DNA from: Nitrospinaceae bacterium
Lineage (GTDB): Bacteria; Nitrospinota; Nitrospinia; Nitrospinales; Nitrospinaceae
NCBI GenBank assembly: GCA_965223665.1
Contig: OZ245011.1
Location: forward strand, 3,584,001-3,648,000
Direction: 5' to 3'
Length of the DNA stretch: 64,000 nt
The position numbers and the translations under genes are program-made. Under the pieces are notes generated by a model. The model made no database searches and was not told where the DNA came from. It saw only the letters and a list, made by a program, of their open reading frames with translations. Below are positions 10,041 through 19,844 of the stretch, in pieces. How positions within the stretch are numbered: position 1 is the stretch's first letter; each line of letters begins with the position of its first letter.

Positions 10041-11372
10041 TTATGAAGCTTTTAAGGGAATCTTAAATTCTTTCATCTTACGCCAAAGTGTGATGCGATG
10101 AATATCTAAAACTTTAGCCGCCTGGGATTGGTTTTGACTGCATTGTTCCAGAGCTTCTAGAATTAATTGTTTGTTCAGCCATTTTCGTTTTTTCTTCCTT
10201 TTGGTCACACTTCCCTGCCAGACTTGAAGTGGCAAGGGTAAATCTTCAATTTCAATTAAGGTATTCATACATTTTACGCTGGCATGTTCTATTACGTTCT
10301 CTAATTCACGAACATTTCCCGGCCAATTATAATCCATCAATTTGCGAAGAACTGAATCGCTTAAATTTTTAATGGTTTTAGAATTATTTTGGGTCCATAC
10401 CTTAATAAAATGATCTGCCAATAGGGGAATATCCAGCTTTCTTTCTCTTAAAGGAGAGAGGTAAATAGGAATTACGTTTAGACGGTAAAACAGATCTTCA
10501 CGAAATAATCCTTTTTTAATTTGATGGGAGATATTTTTATTTGTGGCCGCCACAATTCGAATATCCACTTTTCGCGTTTTATTTTCACCCACTCTTTCAA
10601 TCTCTTTTTCTTGTAGAACTCGAAGTAACTTGACCTGAATGTTCAAACTCAAATCTCCCACCTCATCAAGGAATAGGGTACCTCCATTTGCTTCTTCAAA
10701 TCTTCCCACTCGATCTCGAACTGCTCCCGTAAAGGCACCACGGACATGACCAAATAACTCGCTTTCCAGCAAACTATCTGAAAAGGATGAACAGTTTACC
10801 TTTACAAAGTTTTGTTTAGCCCTTGGACTTTCATTATGGATAGCTTGAGCTACCAGTTCTTTTCCAGTACCACTTTCTCCTTGAATGAAAACTGTGGAGT
10901 CATAAAGAGCAACATTTTGAATGGTTTGGAATAGTTCCTTCATTGGCTGACTTTTTCCAATAATTTTTCTGAAAGAGTAATTTTCTTGAACTTTTTTTCT
11001 TAAATCCATTAACTCCGTAATATCCGTTATAGAAACCAGTACTTTGACTTGACCATTTTTATTTCTGCTTAAAAGTCCTCCCCGAAAAAGCCCTATTTTT
11101 CTTTTTCCCTCCTTAGTAAGGAAAGGAGATTGAAATTGAATTTCTTCATTTAAACCTTGTTTCACGGTGAGACACAATTCACAGTTGTTTAGGCATATAG
11201 ATTTATCAAAAATGGACACACATTTTTCCCCCAGTACACTTTCTTTTAATAAACCAGTGGTCCTTTCCGCAGCTTTGTTGAAATAAATTATTTCCATGTC
11301 CTGGTTATAAACGAATACGGCTTCATTCAAGATATTAAGAGCTTGATCTAGGCGATTTAATGGCTGGCTCAT
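10041..11372 (-). CDS. PAS-domain sigma54-dependent transcriptional activator (NtrC/Fis family)
   Basis: N-terminal [33 protein letters not shown]-terminal HTH. Confidence 0.95.
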   Translation of the reverse strand: MSQPLNRLDQALNILNEAVFVYNQDMEIIYFNKAAERTTGLLKESVLGEKCVSIFDKSICLNNCELCLTVKQGLNEEIQFQSPFLTKEGKRKIGLFRGGLLSRNKNGQVKVLVSITDITELMDLRKKVQENYSFRKIIGKSQPMKELFQTIQNVALYDSTVFIQGESGTGKELVAQAIHNESPRAKQNFVKVNCSSFSDSLLESELFGHVRGAFTGAVRDRVGRFEEANGGTLFLDEVGDLSLNIQVKLLRVLQEKEIERVGENKTRKVDIRIVAATNKNISHQIKKGLFREDLFYRLNVIPIYLSPLRERKLDIPLLADHFIKVWTQNNSKTIKNLSDSVLRKLMDYNWPGNVRELENVIEHASVKCMNTLIEIEDLPLPLQVWQGSVTKRKKKRKWLNKQLILEALEQCSQNQSQAAKVLDIHRITLWRKMKEFKIPLKAS

Positions 11373-11421
11373 AATAAAATTATTTAGGAAAAAGTTTTTG
11401 AATGATTTTTGGGGGCATAAT

Positions 11422-11451
11422 ATATTGTTGCAATAAGTTTTGCAACAATAT
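11422..11451. promoter_or_regulatory. Perfect inverted repeat, candidate autoregulatory operator
   Basis: ATATTGTTGCAA-TAAGTT-TTGCAACAATAT about 50 nt upstream of the activator gene; no T-run after it on the minus strand. Confidence 0.55.
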
Positions 11452-11523
11452 GGTGTTTTTTTTTAATTAATTTATTCTAAATTTGATGAAATTATTCTTT
11501 AAATTCGGGTTTTTTCTACTCCC

Positions 11524-12630
11524 TTAATTCATGGGTAAAGTAACAACTATTCCACCCATTACATCGAAAAGTTTATAGTTTTTTTTGGGACTGTTGGGAT
11601 GGGAATTATGACAAGTTACACATGAATCTGTTATGGCCAAATCAGGATAAACTGCCTGAAAAAATTGATTCCTTCCAACACGAATTTTTCCAATATAAGG
11701 TCTGACGGAATGGAAACTTATTGTTTCCAGCCCATTACGTTCAAACTCGTTGGCAGGTCCATTTCTCGAATTAATGGGCCATAGGCTGATTAATTGGAAA
11801 TCTAACCCCAGTTTTTTATTTCGAATAAATTCACTTGTGGTCATTAGAAATTGAGCCGGTAGCATTAAAGAGTTTTCCTTTTTCCAATGCTCCTTTGCTT
11901 GAAGAATAGCCAGGTCTTTAAAGCGATCTACTATGTATTTTGAATAAACAGTCCTGTCGGATTCCAAAATTGAATGAATGTAATCAGCTACCACTTCTGG
12001 TGGAAGGGTAATTTTGGAGTGGTCTTTTTTTTGATAACGCCTTCCCAGTGGAAAATCTATAACAATCCCTCCCATGACATCACCTAATTTAAAATCTGTT
12101 TTTGGGCTTTTGGGATGGGAGTTGTGGCATTCAATGCAGGACTCTGTTACGGCCATGTCAGGGTAAATGGCTTGAAAATACCAAAGACCTTCTGTTTGTG
12201 TGATCCAGGTAAAAGGCTCTTCAGGGTTTTTTGCAACGACTTCTAAACCTCTTTTTTCATTTTCGGAGATAGCTCGATTATTTTCATTAATTGGCCAAAG
12301 GCTCATCAATCGATACCTCATGCCTATACCGCGATTATTAGATATTTCCGAAGATTTTCGGAGAAACTCGGCAGGAAGTAACAAAGAGTTTTCTTTTTGC
12401 CAATTTTCTGAAGCGGAAATATGTTTATTTTTTTTAAGTCTATCCACAATTAGTTTGGAGTAGGTGTTTCTTCCTGCTTCGATAACTCCATGAATATATT
12501 CTGCAGCAAGATGTGCGGGAATACCTTCCGGTTTATTAAAGTGATTGGCAAAAGTGTGTGTGGTCAGGAAAAAGTTTAAATTTAAAAATATAAGAGAAAA
12601 AATTTGAAATTTTGTACGGAAAGTTAACAT
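11524..12630 (-). CDS. Periplasmic tandem DUF3365 (Tll0287-like) diheme c protein
   Basis: Start MLTFRTK after GGAGG; two repeated domains, each with LISLWPIN-like motif, CxxCH (CIECH, CVTCH) and DVMGGIV. Confidence 0.85.
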   Translation of the reverse strand: MLTFRTKFQIFSLIFLNLNFFLTTHTFANHFNKPEGIPAHLAAEYIHGVIEAGRNTYSKLIVDRLKKNKHISASENWQKENSLLLPAEFLRKSSEISNNRGIGMRYRLMSLWPINENNRAISENEKRGLEVVAKNPEEPFTWITQTEGLWYFQAIYPDMAVTESCIECHNSHPKSPKTDFKLGDVMGGIVIDFPLGRRYQKKDHSKITLPPEVVADYIHSILESDRTVYSKYIVDRFKDLAILQAKEHWKKENSLMLPAQFLMTTSEFIRNKKLGLDFQLISLWPINSRNGPANEFERNGLETISFHSVRPYIGKIRVGRNQFFQAVYPDLAITDSCVTCHNSHPNSPKKNYKLFDVMGGIVVTLPMN

Positions 12631-12895
12631 AGCTATTTCAACCTCCAATGAGTATGTCGATTGATTCAACCCCAATGGGAAAAAGAAAAAGCCATGATTT
12701 TCTATTGAGGTTTGCCTCAACAAAATAGCTAAAAATCTTATACAATAAAAATAATGAACCTTTTTAAATATAGGTCTTTAATTTAAATCTATCAATGATT
12801 GTGGAAAGGAACCCTTAAAAAAATTTGAATTTAAAAGATCTATAGGACAGGATTGGGTAGTGATTGAAAAGATTAATTATATTTACCGCATAAAA

Positions 12896-13573
12896 TTAAA
12901 ATTGGTATCGCACCCCAAAATTTAATTCGTGTGCCTCAAATGAAACGTCCACGAACTGCCCTCCAGCAGTAAATGGGGCAGCAGCAGTAGGTGTAATGGA
13001 GAAGTCTCCATTGGCTGTATTAAAATAACGGTAACCAAATGAAAAAATCAAATTTGGATTGCTATCAAAACTGGAAGATAACCCTCCCATAAACTGATAG
13101 GAAAAGACGTCATCTTTATCATCGATGGTTTTGATAGAAGTAGGTGTTACATCGAAGAACTTTAAATCCACTCGGGTTACTCCAGCCCCACCACCCAAAT
13201 ATATAGCAAGATTTTTATTTAATTGATGATCGTAAAAAAGATTTCCCATTATGGAGAATGTTTGCAATTCACCATTAGCTGCAAAGTTGCCTCCTAATGG
13301 GACTGGTTGATTGGATCTTATAACTCTATTTAGTTTGTAGTGAAATTCTCCTTCAGCTCGGAAGGCCCCTATTTTAAAGCCTAAAGATGCGGCAGCATTT
13401 ACATTAGACTCGAATTCTAAACTATGGGTTACACCGGAACCGGTATCCAAAAGATCAGAATCAGAAAACTTTGTCATTCCTCCATTAATTGCTATATAAG
13501 GCCCATCTGCAAATGACACTGCAGGGTAAAATCCAAAAAGGGCAACAAGAAGCACAAGGGCTGCCTTTTTCAT
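12896..13573 (-). CDS. Small outer membrane beta-barrel protein (opacity/OmpA-membrane-like)
   Basis: Start MKKAAL; signal peptide; RAEGE, YLGGGAG, YQFMGG, GYRYF, terminal RYQF. Confidence 0.85.
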   Translation of the reverse strand: MKKAALVLLVALFGFYPAVSFADGPYIAINGGMTKFSDSDLLDTGSGVTHSLEFESNVNAAASLGFKIGAFRAEGEFHYKLNRVIRSNQPVPLGGNFAANGELQTFSIMGNLFYDHQLNKNLAIYLGGGAGVTRVDLKFFDVTPTSIKTIDDKDDVFSYQFMGGLSSSFDSNPNLIFSFGYRYFNTANGDFSITPTAAAPFTAGGQFVDVSFEAHELNFGVRYQF

Positions 13574-13622
13574 AAATTCTCCTAAGGTTATAATTAAGTA
13601 TATTAAAAATATTAATTTAATA

Positions 13623-13641
13623 TACATTGAATGTCAATGTA
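13623..13641. promoter_or_regulatory. Inverted repeat overlapping the -35 box of the OMP promoter
   Basis: TACATTGA-ATG-TCAATGTA; on minus strand TTGACA-17-TAATAT. Confidence 0.4.
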
Positions 13642-13742
13642 GTCTATTTTGGGTAGTATTTTTAGTTGGATGGGTTGAAGGTAATCGGGGTTAAAGAGGA
13701 AATTAGGTTAAAATTATTTTTTGGTGTAGCATTATTTTTTGT

Positions 13743-14357
13743 TTAAAACTTGAGCCTGCCACCTATCAATATTTCACTGCTCCCAAATTCAGTATCTACT
13801 CTTAAACCGGCAAAACTGAATGAAGGATCCGTAGTGGATATATGGCGGTAATCCAGGAAAACGTCAACCGTTGGGCTAATGGGTTTGGATACTCCCAAAA
13901 AGAATTGATAAGCAAACACAATATCACTATCACTATTTAAGGCTCCATCCGGGGCTAAGGCCAACCTGGCAAAACCGATTCCAAAACCAACGTAAGGGGT
14001 GAATTCTTTTCTAATATTTATGTCGTAGAAACCGTTTACCATAAAAGCCAATGCACTTAATCCACTGCCAAGAGGTAACCCTGGGACCGGATCAATCGAG
14101 TTGTCTCGAAAAGAAATTTCTCCCTCTACCCTAAAATCATTTAGGAAAGTTCCCACCGCTCCACCCAGTACGTAACCGATATCTGGATCTAATTCTGTAC
14201 CTATTCTTCCAGGTACGGCGGCACCTGAAAGAATGGCATCTGAATTGGCTCTAAAGTTTGGACCAACATGGGCAGAAAAGTACATACCTTGTGCAAAGGC
14301 ATTTTTGGATAAAAATAATAACAAAAATAAAAGTAGGATCTTAGGTGCTTTTTTCAT
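13743..14357 (-). CDS. Small outer membrane beta-barrel protein (paralog 2)
   Basis: Start MKKAPK; RVEGE, PYVGFGIG, AYQ, DYR, terminal Phe. Confidence 0.85.
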   Translation of the reverse strand: MKKAPKILLLFLLLFLSKNAFAQGMYFSAHVGPNFRANSDAILSGAAVPGRIGTELDPDIGYVLGGAVGTFLNDFRVEGEISFRDNSIDPVPGLPLGSGLSALAFMVNGFYDINIRKEFTPYVGFGIGFARLALAPDGALNSDSDIVFAYQFFLGVSKPISPTVDVFLDYRHISTTDPSFSFAGLRVDTEFGSSEILIGGRLKF

Positions 14358-14477
14358 ATATCCCCCGATGGATGAAGGTGAAATTGTAAGGAGGCCTTTA
14401 TTAGAAAATATTTCATCCCATCTTGTCAATATAGAAGTACCTCTAAATGGTTATAAAAGGATAGAATAGAAAAAATA

Positions 14478-15089
14478 TTATTCGAATAGAAAACGAAACC
14501 CGCCATTGATTTGATGACTTTCAAATTCTGCTTCCATTAGGCCTGTAGGGGTCATAAACTCTGGTTCAGAAGTACCAAAATAGCGATATCCCAAAGTAAG
14601 TGAGAAACCATTCCAGACCGGAATTATGAACCCCCCACTTATCTGGTAGGCTAAAACAGTGTCATCCTGGTTTAAAAGGGTTCCAAACACCAAAGCATCC
14701 AGGTTTACTCTGGAAAAACCCACCCCTAATCCCACATAAGGTATTATTGGCCATTCCACATCAAAATCAGTCCATAAATTGAATAAAACATTAGAGGCAT
14801 TCATGGTTGACCTCCCCCCAATTGCAGGATCAAATGAATTTTTTTGAAACCCAATTTCTGTTTCCAGGCGGAGATTATTTTCAAACTTATAGCCTACTGC
14901 AACCCCAAAATTATAGCCTGGATTAAAACTTTGTTGAATAACTGCCATGGTGGAATTATTAGTGATATCAGTTGAAGGACGAACCGATAGACCAATTTGT
15001 CCGGCAATATAAATTCCCCTCTCTGCAAAAAGCACATTTGGAGAGAGTAAAGTTATTAAGAGAAAGAAAATAGGAAGGAAACGATTCAT
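14478..15089 (-). CDS. Small outer membrane beta-barrel protein (paralog 3)
   Basis: Signal peptide; RLETE, PYVGLGVG, AYQ, GYRYF; TTGACA-17-TATGAT upstream. Confidence 0.85.
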   Translation of the reverse strand: MNRFLPIFFLLITLLSPNVLFAERGIYIAGQIGLSVRPSTDITNNSTMAVIQQSFNPGYNFGVAVGYKFENNLRLETEIGFQKNSFDPAIGGRSTMNASNVLFNLWTDFDVEWPIIPYVGLGVGFSRVNLDALVFGTLLNQDDTVLAYQISGGFIIPVWNGFSLTLGYRYFGTSEPEFMTPTGLMEAEFESHQINGGFRFLFE

Positions 15090-15180
15090 AGAAGTAGATT
15101 CAACAATTTGGCCTTTGGAATCATAAATATTAAGTTTAAGATTGTCAATAATTTCAAAGGTATTTAAAACAATTTTGGAG

Positions 15181-17250
15181 TCAAATTTGGTTTACCAGTT
15201 TTACAATATGTTGCTTCTCGGAGGAAGAAATAGAATAGGTACCAAATCGATTCCTTTCATAAAATTGACCAATTTCCTTAACTATTTGAAGTTTTTCCAG
15301 AGGTAGTTTGCTTAGATGAAATAAATACTCATGGTGTGTCCAGTTTTGTTTTTTGGGAAATCCTTGTTTTTCTAATTTATATAGCATCTTCTTATAGGCT
15401 CTTACAGAAAAGGGTGTTGAAGAGTTATCCCAATAGAATTTCCAGAAAGAACTTTTTTTGAGAACCCAAAAAAGGATTAATAAAATTACAAGGACAATGA
15501 TAAAAAAACTAGGGTTACCTAATATTTTTTGAATCCCTTCCTTTTTAAAGGGATCCATTGAATGAAAATCTTTTACAATTTGATTTGTTTTTTCATCAAA
15601 AAACTTAACAATTTTTAATTGGTCGTTAAATGAATATTTTAAAACGTATTTTTGCCAAAGGAACTTAATCCTGTCAAAGTTATGTTCTAAAGAGCTAATT
15701 TCTTCATCAAAGGTACTACCGGCAGAGGGGGTAGGATCAAATACAATCCATCCTTTTCCAGAAATATAAGCTTCCACCCAAGAATGTGCATGAGCTTGTC
15801 TCACCACCATGTAATTTCCCAACTCGTTTCTTTCCACTCCAAGGAAACCGTTTACAATTCTTGCCGGAATACCATTTAGTCTTAAAAGAATTACCATGGC
15901 AGAGGCAAAGTATTCACAATGGCCTTCTTTGTTTACAAAAAGAAACTCATCTAAAGGAGAAAGTTTTGTATGCTTTTTCATATTTAAGGTGTAGCCAAAC
16001 TTGGTTTTGAAAAACTTAAGAATTTTTTCACCTTTTGTATATTCGGAATCTTGAAGCTTCACTAATTTTTTTGCCAGCGTTTTAATTTGGGGGCTTAAGT
16101 TGGGTAATTGCAAATATCGATTTGGAAATAGATGAGTTGAGGGTTTTGGAGTTGTTCTAATAAAACTCTGATTAGTAGAATTTAATTGTGACTTAAAAAT
16201 CCATTTTTGGGGTCCTGAAATAGGTTCGGGAATTTTCAAATTGTAAGATTGATCTCTATTTAACCAACGGATGGGGCCATTAATATAGCTGGGAATTCCT
16301 AGAGTAAAAATAATGGGAGTGTTATGAGATTCAACAAAGACTTCTTGCTCCACTATAGTTTCGGGATCTTGAGGATTGAAAAATACAATACCGTTTTGGT
16401 TTAAATTGATAAATGGATTTATCGAGGGAACAGTGGATAACCAAGATTGCCCATCATAATGATCCAGTGCAACTCCCCTCCAATAAACCTTAAATGGTGG
16501 ATAATAAGGTTTGCCGTTACGTTTAAACATTACTCTCATAACGACTTCATTATTTTGTTTAATACGACCGACATCTCCCAAATGAACATTACTCGAAAAC
16601 CCACTCATGGGACCTTTTGAATTAGAAAAATTAATGAATCCCATACCCAATCGAGGAAATGCTGTGAAGATAACTCCTGTAAGAATTAAGCTCAATAGGA
16701 CCACTCCAGTGGAGATACCAATTAGTGGGAATCCAATAGTTTCATTTTCACCAACGTTTCTAAAATCTTTTGGGGGACTGGAACTTCCCACTCTCTCAGC
16801 AAGTACGTTATAAAAAATGAAACTCCAGCAAAGGGAAAAATAAAACATTAAAAAAAGTGCACCAAAGAAAATATCCTGAACAAAAACGGCTCCCACCAAC
16901 AAACAAATTACTGAAACAAGATACCCATAAAGGTAATCATTGAATTCTGTTTTAAATATAAATCTTGTAATTAACAGAAATAGTGATATTCCGATCAAAA
17001 AACCAATAATAGGAGGCTGAAACAGATAATAGATTAAAGGAAGAATGACCAACCAAAGCTTCCAGGAAGTGAGTCCTATAGGAGGGTTCACTGGAATTTT
17101 TTTCAAAAGTTCTAAAACATAACATAATGCCAAAATTCCCAATAGTGCTAGCCCAGGGAAATAGGATAGAATTTCGGCCATGATGAGACAGGATATACCT
17201 AAACCTGCCAAAACATAGTTAAGTGATATAAAACTGGTCCTGAGGTTCAT
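15181..17250 (-). CDS. TgpA-like membrane transglutaminase (DUF3488 + transglutaminase core)
   Basis: Multiple TM helices; FPR, YWRG, GHCEYFASAM, HAHSWVE, FDPTP. Confidence 0.9.
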   Translation of the reverse strand: MNLRTSFISLNYVLAGLGISCLIMAEILSYFPGLALLGILALCYVLELLKKIPVNPPIGLTSWKLWLVILPLIYYLFQPPIIGFLIGISLFLLITRFIFKTEFNDYLYGYLVSVICLLVGAVFVQDIFFGALFLMFYFSLCWSFIFYNVLAERVGSSSPPKDFRNVGENETIGFPLIGISTGVVLLSLILTGVIFTAFPRLGMGFINFSNSKGPMSGFSSNVHLGDVGRIKQNNEVVMRVMFKRNGKPYYPPFKVYWRGVALDHYDGQSWLSTVPSINPFINLNQNGIVFFNPQDPETIVEQEVFVESHNTPIIFTLGIPSYINGPIRWLNRDQSYNLKIPEPISGPQKWIFKSQLNSTNQSFIRTTPKPSTHLFPNRYLQLPNLSPQIKTLAKKLVKLQDSEYTKGEKILKFFKTKFGYTLNMKKHTKLSPLDEFLFVNKEGHCEYFASAMVILLRLNGIPARIVNGFLGVERNELGNYMVVRQAHAHSWVEAYISGKGWIVFDPTPSAGSTFDEEISSLEHNFDRIKFLWQKYVLKYSFNDQLKIVKFFDEKTNQIVKDFHSMDPFKKEGIQKILGNPSFFIIVLVILLILFWVLKKSSFWKFYWDNSSTPFSVRAYKKMLYKLEKQGFPKKQNWTHHEYLFHLSKLPLEKLQIVKEIGQFYERNRFGTYSISSSEKQHIVKLVNQI

Positions 17251-17394
17251 ATTCCTAGGGTATGCGAATTGACAATCTGGAAAACCTTTTTATACAATGG
17301 CTACAAATTAACCATTCCACTGTTCATCACTTTTTTGACCCACGTCATAAAAGAGAACTGTTTCAATAGTTTAAATTAAATATGGAGAAGACAC

Positions 17395-17949
17395 ATGCGA
17401 AAACTGATTATTTTGGGATTTTCATTCTTTTTTGCGGCGTGGTTCAGTGCTTCAATAGTGTTAGCTAATGAAATCGCGGTCATTGAAACTAAATTTGGAA
17501 ATATTCAAATTGAGTTTTTCGAAGATAAGGCACCAGGGCATGTGAAAAACTTTAAAGATTTGGCCAAAAAAGGAGTTTATGATGGAACGACCTTTCACCG
17601 TGTTATTCCTGGATTTATGATCCAGGGAGGTGATCCTAATTCCAAAAGTGAAGATCGTTCTCAACATGGAATGGGAGGCCCTGGTTACACTATCAAAGCT
17701 GAATTTAATAATGTTCACCATGATAGAGGAATATTGTCTATGGCGAGAGCGGGACATCCTGATAGCGCTGGAAGCCAATTCTTTATTGTGGTAAAAGATG
17801 CTCACTTCCTGGATAAAAAATATACAGTATTTGGGCGTGTGACCCAGGGAATGGAAGTGGCAGATAAAATTGTAAATCAAAAGCGTGACCGCAATGACAA
17901 TCCGCTTGAGCGAATTGAAATGAAGGTTACCATTAAAAATGAAAAATAA
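17395..17949 (+). CDS. Cyclophilin-type PPIase with signal peptide
   Basis: FHRVIPGFMIQGGDP, SMAR, SAGSQFF, YTVFG; N-terminal signal. Confidence 0.95.
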   Translation: MRKLIILGFSFFFAAWFSASIVLANEIAVIETKFGNIQIEFFEDKAPGHVKNFKDLAKKGVYDGTTFHRVIPGFMIQGGDPNSKSEDRSQHGMGGPGYTIKAEFNNVHHDRGILSMARAGHPDSAGSQFFIVVKDAHFLDKKYTVFGRVTQGMEVADKIVNQKRDRNDNPLERIEMKVTIKNEK

Positions 17950-17970
17950 TGTCCCAGTGAGGAGAGTAAT

Positions 17971-18459
17971 ATGTCTAAAGAAATTGCGGTGATTGAAACC
18001 GTTCATGGAAATATAGAACTAGAGTTTTTTGAAGATAAAGCACCTGGCCATGTTAAAAACTTTAAGGACTTAGCAAATGATGGTTTTTATAATGGCACCA
18101 CATTTCATCGCGTTATTCCCGGGTTTATGATTCAAGGTGGGGATCCGAATTCTAAAAGTGAAGACAAATCTCAGCATGGGATGGGTGGACCGGGTTACAC
18201 AATTGATGCAGAATTTAACGACGTCAAACATGATAGAGGTGTGTTATCCATGGCACGGTCACAAGATCCGAACAGTGCGGGCTCACAGTTTTTTATTTGT
18301 GTCAAAGATGCCCATTTTTTAGATGGTCAATACACGGCTTTTGGAAGAGTGGTTAATGGGATGGATGTAGCCGACAAGATTGTAAACGAAGCACGAGACG
18401 GGAATGATAACCCTAATCAAAGAATGGAAATGGTTTCTGTCACTGTTAAAGAAGCTTAA
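17971..18459 (+). CDS. Cyclophilin-type PPIase, cytoplasmic
   Basis: Same motifs, no signal peptide; close paralog of the upstream gene. Confidence 0.95.
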   Translation: MSKEIAVIETVHGNIELEFFEDKAPGHVKNFKDLANDGFYNGTTFHRVIPGFMIQGGDPNSKSEDKSQHGMGGPGYTIDAEFNDVKHDRGVLSMARSQDPNSAGSQFFICVKDAHFLDGQYTAFGRVVNGMDVADKIVNEARDGNDNPNQRMEMVSVTVKEA

Positions 18460-18515
18460 TGTTTACCTACGGAAAAAATTAAAAGAAAATTTTGGAATAT
18501 AAGGGAAATTTAAGG

Positions 18516-18875
18516 ATGGAAAGTGAATTGACCATTAGTGTTTATAAGTTTTTAGGTACTGATTATCCTCAAGGGAGGACTTCTGAAGATGGAAGTCCTT
18601 CCGCTGAAACTCTTAGGGTTCACATTTTAGAGAATTGGGATAAATATGAAAAACTCAACATATCATTAGATTCTATTGTCAAAATGACACGGACATTTGT
18701 GGATGAAGCATTTGCAAAAATTCTTGAGGCTCGGTCTTTAGAAGAGTTTAATAATAAAGTTTATTTTCCTGATGCGAAGGAAGCGATGGTAAAAGAACTG
18801 AATAATGCTGTAAAGCTTCGCCTCAAAATTATTTCATCCAAAAAAGAGCGGGAAAGGGATGAGCTTAGTATATAA
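18516..18875 (+). CDS. STAS-like (DUF4325-type) small protein
   Basis: TRTFVDEAF resembles the SF.DEAF motif; start at MESEL assumed. Confidence 0.55.
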   Translation: MESELTISVYKFLGTDYPQGRTSEDGSPSAETLRVHILENWDKYEKLNISLDSIVKMTRTFVDEAFAKILEARSLEEFNNKVYFPDAKEAMVKELNNAVKLRLKIISSKKERERDELSI

Positions 18876-18895
18876 AGGAAGTTCATCAAATTAGA

Positions 18896-19141
18896 TTATT
18901 TCGTGGTGGGCAACTTTAGTTTTTGGTTTCTACTTAAACCTTTGATTTCGGCTTCGCGTTGGCAGGCAGCCGCTCTATTTTTCTGTTTTTCCTTGTAGAA
19001 TACCCGAAAGGGTCCGCGTCCTTTGGTGTATTTTGCTCCTTTACCCATTCTATGTGCTTCAAGACGCCGATCTAAATCCTTCGTTATTCCTGTATAAAGA
19101 CTCCCATCTGCACATTCTAAAATGTAGACAACCCAACTCAG
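18896..19141 (-). CDS. GIY-YIG nuclease family protein (UPF0213/YhbQ-like), apparent CTG start
   Basis: Not in ORF track; (L/M)SWVVYILECADGSLYTGITKDLDRRLEAHRMGKGAKYTKGRGP...REAEIK; AAGGGA RBS 6 nt before CTG. Confidence 0.9.
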   Translation of the reverse strand: MSWVVYILECADGSLYTGITKDLDRRLEAHRMGKGAKYTKGRGPFRVFYKEKQKNRAAACQREAEIKGLSRNQKLKLPTTK

Positions 19142-19155
19142 AAAAGATCCCTTTA

Positions 19156-19755
19156 TTATTTTAATTTTGTTTCCGAAACAAGCTTGATGACCTCTTCCGC
19201 GAATTCTTCAATCGCTTCCCCACCTTTTGCAGTAACCATTCGTTCATGAACTACCACATCCTGGTCTGAGAGAACTCCAGCAGCTTTTTCAATGGCAGCC
19301 GTAGTGTGCTTGTCGTCTGCCGCGGCAACTTCGGTATTAGCAATTAAATCTGCTTCTCCGAGGCAGGGGGTCCCACTACCAATGGCCCCTACGACCATTT
19401 TACTTTTATATCTATCAGATATAAGAAGGCGGACCAACCGATCATCCCATAAATATTTTCGGGCTCCTTTACCACCTATAATGATGGTTCCATGAAATAC
19501 ACCTTTGACTTGACGTGTTCCTTTGCCAGCCGTTACATAGCTGTCTCCGGTAATACCTTCAATGGCATCCACAATCAGCATATCGGGCATATGTCTGCCT
19601 GTTTTCATTCCAACCGCTTCTTTAAACTTTGAAGAGGCCACTTTAACTTCGGCGCCCTCATTAATTAATATTTCTCTTAAAGGATCTAATTGGCTCTCGT
19701 CATAATAATCTTTAGGAATAATAAGGAGTATATTTTTATCTTCCAAGCGTGGCAT
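19156..19755 (-). CDS. DJ-1/PfpI family protein
   Basis: ILLII, IIIGGKGA, VGAIGSG, VVVHERMVTA fold motifs; nucleophile Cys appears replaced. Confidence 0.8.
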   Translation of the reverse strand: MPRLEDKNILLIIPKDYYDESQLDPLREILINEGAEVKVASSKFKEAVGMKTGRHMPDMLIVDAIEGITGDSYVTAGKGTRQVKGVFHGTIIIGGKGARKYLWDDRLVRLLISDRYKSKMVVGAIGSGTPCLGEADLIANTEVAAADDKHTTAAIEKAAGVLSDQDVVVHERMVTAKGGEAIEEFAEEVIKLVSETKLK

Positions 19756-19844
19756 GGGTTTTCCTTGTTGAAATTGGCTAAAAATTTTTTTTGTTAATTG
19801 TATAAGAGTTTTTTACTATTTGAAGAAAAAATTTTGAATAACCC

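Noticed and set aside
17461-18006. 181-aa antisense ORF
   Set aside because: Shadow of the well-supported cyclophilin genes
18896-19141. Homing endonuclease or mobile element
   Set aside because: Short stand-alone UPF0213-type GIY-YIG with no intron, terminal repeats or DNA-binding extension
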